Positions 27,695-34,296 of a stretch of DNA of 34,296 nt are shown here, piece by piece; positions within the stretch are counted from its first letter, which is position 1; every line of letters begins with the position of its first letter. The notes under the pieces are model-generated. The model made no database searches. It was not told the DNA's origin and saw only the letters and a list, made by a program, of their open reading frames with translations. The translations under genes and the position numbers were made by a program. Origin of the DNA: a virus (Duplodnaviria; Heunggongvirae; Uroviricota; Caudoviricetes); IMG/VR virus record IMGVR_UViG_2913128013_000001, positions 1 to 34,296 of that record; one strand, 5' to 3'.

Positions 27695-28885
27695 ATGAGT
27701 GACTATCATCACGGCGTGCAGGTGCTGGAGATTAACGACGGCACCCGCGTCATTTCCACCGTATCCACTGCCATTGTCGGCATGGTCTGCACGGCCAGCG
27801 ATGCGGATGCGGAAACCTTCCCCCTCAATAAACCGGTGCTGATTACCAATGTGCAGAGCGCAATTGCAAAGGCTGGTAAAAAAGGCACGCTGGCGGCGTC
27901 GTTGCAGGCCATCGCTGACCAGTCAAAACCAGTCACCGTTGTCGTGCGTGTTGAAGACGGCACCGGCGACGACGAGGAAACGAAACTCGCGCAGACCGTT
28001 TCCAATATCATCGGCACCACTGACGAAAACGGTCAGTACACCGGACTGAAAGCCCTGATGGGGGCTGAGTCGGTTACCGGCGTTAAACCGCGCATTCTTG
28101 GTGTGCCGGGGCTGGACACCAAAGAGGTTGCCGTCGCACTGGCATCGGTATGCCAGGAACTGAATGCATTCGGGTATATCAGCGCATGGGGCTGTAAAAC
28201 CATTTCCGAGGTGAAAGCCTACCGCCAGAATTTCAGCCAGCGTGAGCTGATGGTCATCTGGCCGGATTTCCTCGCATGGGATACGGTCACCAGCACCACC
28301 GCCACCGCGTATGCCACCGCCCGTGCGCTGGGTCTGCGCGCTAAAATCGACCAGGAGCAGGGCTGGCATAAAACGCTGTCCAACGTCGGGGTAAACGGTG
28401 TTACCGGCATCAGCGCATCTGTATTCTGGGATTTGCAGAAGTCCGGCACTGATGCTGACCTGCTGAACGAGGCAGGCGTCACAACGCTGGTTCGCCGCGA
28501 CGGTTTCCGTTTCTGGGGTAACCGTACCTGCTCCGATGACCCACTGTTCCTCTTTGAAAGCTACACACGCACCGCGCAGGTACTGGCTGACACGATGGCT
28601 GAGGCGCACATGTGGGCTATTGATAAGCCCATCACCGCAACGCTGATTCGCGACATCGTTGACGGCATCAATGCCAAATTCCGTGAACTGAAAAGCAACG
28701 GTTATATCGTGGATGGCACATGCTGGTTCAGTGAAGAAGCCAATGATGCGGAAACCCTCAAGGCCGGAAAACTGTATATCGACTACGACTACACCCCGGT
28801 GCCTCCTCTCGAAAACCTGACCCTGCGCCAGCGTATTACTTCAAGATACCTGGCAAGTCTGGTCACCTCGGTTAACAGCAATTAA
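27695..28885 (+). CDS. FI: Contractile tail sheath protein, 396 aa
   Basis: 396 aa, the same size as P2 gpFI; GGAG RBS; first gene of the FI-FII-E-T-U-D operon. Confidence 0.9.
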   Translation: MSDYHHGVQVLEINDGTRVISTVSTAIVGMVCTASDADAETFPLNKPVLITNVQSAIAKAGKKGTLAASLQAIADQSKPVTVVVRVEDGTGDDEETKLAQTVSNIIGTTDENGQYTGLKALMGAESVTGVKPRILGVPGLDTKEVAVALASVCQELNAFGYISAWGCKTISEVKAYRQNFSQRELMVIWPDFLAWDTVTSTTATAYATARALGLRAKIDQEQGWHKTLSNVGVNGVTGISASVFWDLQKSGTDADLLNEAGVTTLVRRDGFRFWGNRTCSDDPLFLFESYTRTAQVLADTMAEAHMWAIDKPITATLIRDIVDGINAKFRELKSNGYIVDGTCWFSEEANDAETLKAGKLYIDYDYTPVPPLENLTLRQRITSRYLASLVTSVNSN

Positions 28886-28897
28886 GGAGCCTGACCG

Positions 28898-29416
28898 ATG
28901 GCAATGCCGCGCAAACTCAAGTTAATGAACGTCTTTCTGAACGGCTACAGCTATCAGGGCGTTGCAAAGTCCGTCACGCTGCCAAAACTGACCCGTAAGC
29001 TCGAAAACTATCGCGGTGCGGGGATGAACGGCAGCGCACCGGTAGACCTCGGCCTTGATGACGATGCGCTGTCAATGGAGTGGTCGCTCGGTGGCTTCCC
29101 GGATTCGGTTATCTGGGAGCTTTACGCCGCAACCGGTGTGGATGCCGTGCCGATTCGTTTTGCAGGCTCTTACCAGCGCGACGATACCGGCGAAACGGTG
29201 GCCGTCGAAGTGGTCATGCGTGGACGTCAGAAAGAAATCGACACCGGCGAGGGTAAACAGGGAGAAGACACCGAGTCGAAAATCTCCGTGGTCTGCACCT
29301 ATTTCCGGCTGACGATGGACGGTAAGGAGCTGGTCGAAATCGACACCATCAACATGATTGAGAAGGTGAACGGCGTCGACCGGCTGGAGCAACACCGCCG
29401 CAATATCGGCCTGTGA
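28898..29416 (+). CDS. FII: Tail tube protein, 172 aa
   Basis: 172 aa, same size and position as P2 gpFII. Confidence 0.9.
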   Translation: MAMPRKLKLMNVFLNGYSYQGVAKSVTLPKLTRKLENYRGAGMNGSAPVDLGLDDDALSMEWSLGGFPDSVIWELYAATGVDAVPIRFAGSYQRDDTGETVAVEVVMRGRQKEIDTGEGKQGEDTESKISVVCTYFRLTMDGKELVEIDTINMIEKVNGVDRLEQHRRNIGL

Positions 29417-29472
29417 TTTTCATCCGGTCAGCCTGGCTGACCGGTTAACCCTGATTCAGAAGTGAGAAAACC

Positions 29473-29748
29473 ATGAACAAAGAAAATGTCATTACCCTGG
29501 ACAATCCGGTTAAACGTGGTGAGCAGGTTATCGAACAGGTCACGCTGATGAAACCTAATGCCGGGACGCTGCGCGGTGTCAGTCTGGCAGCGGTCGCGAA
29601 CTCCGAAGTCGATGCACTGATTAAGGTGCTGCCGCGCATGACGGCACCGATGCTGACCGAGCAGGAAGTCGCCGCGCTGGAACTGCCTGACCTTGTGGCG
29701 CTGGCCGGTAAGGTGGTCGGTTTTTTGTCGCCGAACTCGGTGCAGTGA
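29473..29748 (+). CDS. E: Tail assembly chaperone E, 91 aa
   Basis: 91 aa directly upstream of the tape measure gene; ends ...VVGFLSPNSVQ with a TTTTTTG slippery site near its 3' end. Confidence 0.8.
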   Translation: MNKENVITLDNPVKRGEQVIEQVTLMKPNAGTLRGVSLAAVANSEVDALIKVLPRMTAPMLTEQEVAALELPDLVALAGKVVGFLSPNSVQ

Positions 29749-29900
29749 CGTTTCCGAAAAATCTGTCGGTCGATGACCTGATGGCGGATGTGGCAGTGGT
29801 ATTTCACTGGCCGCCATCAGAACTGTATCCCATGAGCCTGACCGAACTCATCACATGGCGCGAAAAGGCGCTCAGGCGAAGCGGAAACACGAATGAGTAA
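29473..29900 (+). CDS. E': E+E' fusion produced by programmed -1 frameshift at T TTT TTG (29721-29727)
   Basis: After a -1 slip at 29721-29727 the reading frame stays open to TAA at 29898-29900, overlapping the T start. Mirrors the known P2 E/E' arrangement. Confidence 0.6.
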
Positions 29901-32340
29901 CAATGTAAAATTACAGGTATTGCTCAGGGCTGTTGACCAGGCATCCCGCCCGTTTAAATCCATCCGCACAGCGAGTAAGTCGCTGTCGGGGGATATCCGG
30001 GAAACACAAAAATCACTGCGCGAGCTGAACGGTCACGCATCCCGTATTGAGGGATTCCGCAAGACCAGTGCACAGCTCGCCGTGACTGGTCATGCACTTG
30101 AAAAGGCACGGCAGGAGGCCGAAGCCCTTGCCACACAGTTTAAAAACACCGAACGCCCGACCCGTGCTCAGGCGAAAGTGCTGGAATCCGCAAAGCGTGC
30201 GGCGGAGGACTTACAGGCGAAATATAACCGCCTGACGGATTCCGTTAAACGCCAGCAGCGGGAGCTGGCCGCTGTGGGAATTAATACCCGCAATCTTGCA
30301 CATGATGAGCAGGGACTGAAAAACCGTATCAGTGAAACCACCGCACAGCTTAACCGTCAGCGTGATGCGCTGGCGCGTGTCAGTGCGCAACAGGCAAAAC
30401 TTAACGCAGTAAAACAGCGTTATCAGGCCGGAAAGGAACTGGCCGGAAATATGGCCTCAGTGGGCGCTGCCGGTGCGGGGATTGCGGCGGCGGGAACGAT
30501 GGCCGGTGTTAAGCTGCTGATGCCCGGTTATGAGTTTGCGCAGAAAAACTCAGAATTACAGGCCGTGCTCGGAGTGGCAAAAGACTCTGCCGAAATGGCC
30601 GCGCTCCGCAAGCAGGCGCGCCAGCTCGGCGATAATACCGCCGCCTCGGCGGATGATGCGGCCGGTGCGCAGATTATCATTGCGAAAGCGGGTGGAGATG
30701 CTGCGGCTATTCAGGCGGCAACGCCGGTCACGCTGAATATGGCACTGGCGAATCAGCGGTCGATGGAAGAAAACGCGCAACTGTTGCTGGGGACTAAGGC
30801 ATCCTTTCAACTGTCAAATGATGATGTCAGCCATGTGGGCGACGTGTTGTCTGCAACGATGAATAAGTCGGCGGCTGATTTTCAGGGACTCAGTGATGCA
30901 CTGACTTACCTCGGGCCGGTTGCGAGGACGGCAGGCGTAAGTCTTGAGCAGGCAGCGGCCATGACAGGTGTGCTGCATGACAATAACATCAGGGGGTCAA
31001 TGGCGGGTACGGGTAGTAGTGCCGTTGTCACCCGATTACAGGCACCGACTGGAAAAGCATGGGATGCACTCAAAGAGCTTGGCGTTAAAACCTCGGACAA
31101 AAAGGGAAATATGCGTCCGTTGTTCACCATTCTGAAAGAGATTCAGGCCAGCTTTGATAAACACAAGCTGGGAACGTCTCAGAAGGGGGAATACCTTAAA
31201 ACCATTTTTGGTGAGGAAGCCCTGAAATCAGCGAACGTTTTACTGGCAGCGGCAGCAAGCGGAAAACTGGATAAGCTGACCGCCACGCTGAAAGCCTCGG
31301 ACGGTAAAACGGAAGAGCTGGTTAAAATCATGCAGGACAACCTCGGCGGTGACTTTAAGGAGTTTCAGTCCGCTTATGAGGCTGTGGGGACTGACCTGTT
31401 TGACCAGCAGGAAGGCGCACTGCGTAAGCTCACGCAGACGGTCACAAAGTATGTGTTAAAACTCGACGGCTGGATCCAGAAAAACAAATCACTGGCGTCA
31501 ACCATCGGCGTCATTGTCGGTGGTGCACTGGCACTGATTGGTGTCATCGGTGCCATTGGCCTCGTAGCCTGGCCGGTTATCACCGGCATCAATGCCATCA
31601 TCGCGGCAGCAGGCGCAATGGGTGCAATCTTCACGACGGTTGGCAGTGCTGTTATGACGGCCATCGGGGCGATTAGCTGGCCGGTTGTGGCCGTGGTGGC
31701 CGCCATTGTCGCCGGGGCGTTACTTATCCGTAAATACTGGGAGCCTGTCAGCGCATTCTTTGGCGGTGTGGTAGAAGGGCTGAAAGCGGCATTTGCGCCT
31801 GTGGGGGAACTGTTCACGCCACTTAAGCCGGTGTTTGACTGGCTGGGCGAAAAGTTACAGGCCGCGTGGCAGTGGTTTAAAAACCTGATTGCCCCGGTCA
31901 AAGCCACCCAGGACACCCTGAACCGTTGCCGTGACACGGGCGTCCTGTTCGGGCAGGCACTGGCTGACGCGCTGATGCTGCCGCTTAATGCGTTCAACAA
32001 ACTGCGCAGCGGTATTGACTGGGTACTGGAAAAACTCGGTGTTATCAACAAAGAGTCAGACACACTTGACCAGACCGCCGCCAGAACTCAAGCCGCCACG
32101 TATGGCAGCGGTGGTTATATTCCGGCGACCAGCTCTTATGCAGGCTATCAGGCTTATCAGCCGGTCACGGCACCGGCTGGCCGCTCTTATGTAGACCAGA
32201 GTAAAAACGAATATCACATCAGCCTGACGGGTGGTACTGCGCCGGGGACACAGCTTGACCGCCAGTTACAGGATGCGCTCGAAAAATACGAGCGGGATAA
32301 ACGTGCGCGCGCCCGTGCCAGCATGATGCATGACGGTTAA
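29893..32340 (+). CDS. T: Tail tape measure protein, 815 aa
   Basis: 815 aa, largely alpha-helical with a central hydrophobic Gly/Ala-rich segment; position matches P2 gpT. Confidence 0.85.
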   Translation: MSNNVKLQVLLRAVDQASRPFKSIRTASKSLSGDIRETQKSLRELNGHASRIEGFRKTSAQLAVTGHALEKARQEAEALATQFKNTERPTRAQAKVLESAKRAAEDLQAKYNRLTDSVKRQQRELAAVGINTRNLAHDEQGLKNRISETTAQLNRQRDALARVSAQQAKLNAVKQRYQAGKELAGNMASVGAAGAGIAAAGTMAGVKLLMPGYEFAQKNSELQAVLGVAKDSAEMAALRKQARQLGDNTAASADDAAGAQIIIAKAGGDAAAIQAATPVTLNMALANQRSMEENAQLLLGTKASFQLSNDDVSHVGDVLSATMNKSAADFQGLSDALTYLGPVARTAGVSLEQAAAMTGVLHDNNIRGSMAGTGSSAVVTRLQAPTGKAWDALKELGVKTSDKKGNMRPLFTILKEIQASFDKHKLGTSQKGEYLKTIFGEEALKSANVLLAAAASGKLDKLTATLKASDGKTEELVKIMQDNLGGDFKEFQSAYEAVGTDLFDQQEGALRKLTQTVTKYVLKLDGWIQKNKSLASTIGVIVGGALALIGVIGAIGLVAWPVITGINAIIAAAGAMGAIFTTVGSAVMTAIGAISWPVVAVVAAIVAGALLIRKYWEPVSAFFGGVVEGLKAAFAPVGELFTPLKPVFDWLGEKLQAAWQWFKNLIAPVKATQDTLNRCRDTGVLFGQALADALMLPLNAFNKLRSGIDWVLEKLGVINKESDTLDQTAARTQAATYGSGGYIPATSSYAGYQAYQPVTAPAGRSYVDQSKNEYHISLTGGTAPGTQLDRQLQDALEKYERDKRARARASMMHDG

Positions 32341-32354
32341 GGAGGTGACGAAAA

Positions 32355-32834
32355 ATGATGCTCGCGTTAGGTATGTTTGTTTTTATGCGCCAGACGCTGC
32401 CACACCAGACCATGCAGCGTGAATCAGATTATCGCTGGCCGTCAAATTCCCGTATCGGCAAACGGGATGCCTTTCAATTTCTCGGTGTGGGTGAGGAAAA
32501 CATCACGCTTGCCGGTGTGCTTTATCCCGAACTGACCGGCGGAAAGCTGACGATGACCACGCTCAGGCTGATGGCGGAGGAAGGCCGGGCGTGGCCGTTG
32601 CTGGATGGCACTGGCATGATTTACGGCATGTATGTCATCAGCAGGGTGAGTGAAACAGGGAGTATTTTCTTTGCAGACGGCACACCCCGAAAAATTGATT
32701 TTACGCTGTCGCTCACCCGCGTTGATGAATCACTGGCCGCGCTGTATGGCGATATCGGTAAACAGGCGGAATCGCTCATCGGTAAGGCTGGCAGTATGGC
32801 GACCAGATTCACGGGTATGACGGGGGCGGGATAA
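32355..32834 (+). CDS. U: Tail protein U, 159 aa
   Basis: 159 aa between T and D, as in P2. Confidence 0.85.
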   Translation: MMLALGMFVFMRQTLPHQTMQRESDYRWPSNSRIGKRDAFQFLGVGEENITLAGVLYPELTGGKLTMTTLRLMAEEGRAWPLLDGTGMIYGMYVISRVSETGSIFFADGTPRKIDFTLSLTRVDESLAALYGDIGKQAESLIGKAGSMATRFTGMTGAG

Positions 32835-34000
32835 TGCTGGATGCGCTGACATTTGATGCAGGCAGTACGCTGACGCCGGATTACATGCTGATGCTCGACA
32901 GCAGGGATATTACCGGCAATATCAGCGACCGTCTGATGAGCATGACCCTGACGGATAACCGGGGCTTTGAGGCTGACCAGCTTGATATTGAACTGAACGA
33001 TGCCGACGGGCAGGTCGGGCTGCCGATTCGTGGCGCTGTCCTGACGGTGTATATCGGCTGGAAAGGTTTTGCCCTGGTATGCAAAGGGAAATTTACCGTT
33101 GATGAGGTTGAACACAGGGGCGCGCCGGATGTGGTCACCATCCGCGCCCGGAGTGCAGATTTTCGCGGGACGCTCAATTCCCGCCGTGAAGGCTCATGGC
33201 ATGACACCACACTCGGTGCGATTGTTGAGGCGATAGCCTCCCGTAACAAGCTGGAAGCCAGTGTCGCTCCGCCACTGGCCGGAATTAAAATCCCGCACAT
33301 CGACCAGTCGCAGGAGTCTGATGCGAAATTCCTGACCCGTCTTGCTGAACGCAACGGCGGCGAGGTGTCGGTAAAAATGGGAAAACTGTTGTTTCTCAAA
33401 GCGGGGCAGGGGGTGACGGCCAGCGGTAAAAAAATCTCGCAGGTCACCATCACCCGCAGCGACGGCGACCGTCATCATTTTGCGATTGCTGACCGTGGAG
33501 CCTATACCGGTGTAACGGCAAAGTGGTTACACACCAAAGACCCGAAACCGCAAAAGCAGATGGTAAAACTGAAACGCAAAAAGAAAGAGAAACACCTGCG
33601 CGCACTGGAGCACCCGAAAGCGAAACCGGTCACGCAGAAGAAAGCGCCAAAAGTACCGGAGGCGCGCGAAGGTGAATACATGGCCGGTGAAGCTGACAAC
33701 GTTTTTGCCCTGACCACGGTATATGCCACGAAAGCGCAGGCCATGCGTGCCGCTCAGGCGAAGTGGGATAAACTGCAACGGGGCGTTGCGGAGTTCTCCA
33801 TCAGCCTGGCTACCGGTCGTGCTGATATTTACACGGAAACACCGGTCAGAGTGTCAGGCTTTAAGCGCGTCATAGACGAGCAGGACTGGACAATCACTAA
33901 GGTGACACATTTTCTGAATAATAGCGGCTTCACGACGTCCTTAGAGCTTGAGGTCAGGCTTTCTGACGTGGAGTACGAAACAGAAGATGATGAGCAATGA
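32834..34000 (+). CDS. D: Tail protein D (late control gene D-type), 388 aa
   Basis: 388 aa, overlapping the U stop; last gene of the tail operon, as in P2. Confidence 0.85.
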   Translation: MLDALTFDAGSTLTPDYMLMLDSRDITGNISDRLMSMTLTDNRGFEADQLDIELNDADGQVGLPIRGAVLTVYIGWKGFALVCKGKFTVDEVEHRGAPDVVTIRARSADFRGTLNSRREGSWHDTTLGAIVEAIASRNKLEASVAPPLAGIKIPHIDQSQESDAKFLTRLAERNGGEVSVKMGKLLFLKAGQGVTASGKKISQVTITRSDGDRHHFAIADRGAYTGVTAKWLHTKDPKPQKQMVKLKRKKKEKHLRALEHPKAKPVTQKKAPKVPEAREGEYMAGEADNVFALTTVYATKAQAMRAAQAKWDKLQRGVAEFSISLATGRADIYTETPVRVSGFKRVIDEQDWTITKVTHFLNNSGFTTSLELEVRLSDVEYETEDDEQ

Positions 34001-34077
34001 GTTGTTTTATCTATTTGTTTTATAAGGATAAAATAACTAAAATGGCACCATCAACAAAACCGGAAGAGGTGCTCGCG

Positions 34078-34296
34078 ATGTTTCATTGTCCTTTATGCCA
34101 GCATGCCGCACATGCGCGTACAAGCCGCTATATCACTGACACGACAAAAGAGCGTTATCACCAGTGTCAGAACGTGAATTGCAGCGCCACGTTCATCACT
34201 TATGAGTCGGTACAGCGATACATCGTGAAGCCGGGAGAAGTCCACGCCGTAAGGCCGCACCCATTGCCGTCAGGGCAGCAAATTATGTGGATGTAA
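34078..34296 (+). CDS. ogr: Late gene transcriptional activator Ogr (zinc finger), 72 aa
   Basis: Start at MFHCPLCQHAAHARTSRY (ATG 34078). 72 aa with a C-x2-C...C-x4-C zinc-binding arrangement; matches my recollection of P2 Ogr. Confidence 0.85.
   Translation: MFHCPLCQHAAHARTSRYITDTTKERYHQCQNVNCSATFITYESVQRYIVKPGEVHAVRPHPLPSGQQIMWM

Larger units (their letters stand above)
1..34296. mobile_element. P2-like (Peduovirus-type) prophage, apparently complete from int to ogr; att sites outside the window
   Basis: Full P2 gene order recognised by protein sequence and synteny: int-C-cox-B-A, cos, Q-P, O-N-M-L-X-Y-K-lysABC-R-S-V-W-J-I-H-G, cargo, FI-FII-E-T-U-D-ogr. Window starts at the int stop codon and ends at the ogr stop codon. 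Confidence 0.9.

Noticed and set aside
1-34296. CRISPR arrays, tRNA or rRNA genes, IS elements or transposases
   Set aside because: No regularly spaced direct repeats, no tRNA-like cloverleaf candidates and no transposase-like ORFs were seen; all large ORFs are accounted for by phage backbone or the two cargo islands.

Overview
The window is essentially one complete P2-like temperate prophage in integrated gene order, from the integrase stop codon (position 1) to the ogr stop codon (position 34296); the att sites lie just outside. Gene names are assigned from my recollection of phage P2 proteins, gene sizes and synteny, not from a database search. The backbone runs: int and repressor C (leftward), cox-B-A early/replication operon, cos, portal Q and terminase P (leftward) divergent from O-N-M-L (scaffold, major capsid, small terminase, head completion), X, lysis cassette Y-K-lysA-lysB with embedded lysC, tail completion R-S, baseplate V-W-J-I, tail fibre H and its assembly protein G, then FI-FII-E/E'-T-U-D and ogr. 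Two visibly AT-rich cargo islands interrupt this GC-richer backbone at the two classical variable positions of P2-like phages. Island A (about 6560-9058, between the replication module and cos) encodes a membrane-anchored protein and a 429-aa protein with a PD-(D/E)xK-like motif, separated by a promoter-like element and a 12-bp-arm dyad. Island B (about 24117-27694, between G and FI) encodes a 167-aa membrane protein and, on the opposite strand, a 675-aa protein with a C-terminal PD-(D/E)xK nuclease-like motif. Neither island resembles P2 Tin, Old or any family I can name; they are the best candidates here for undescribed anti-phage or accessory systems. Other points of note are a mosaic, extended tail fibre H with tandem repeats and a His-box tip, the E/E' frameshift site, and a P2-type cos sequence.
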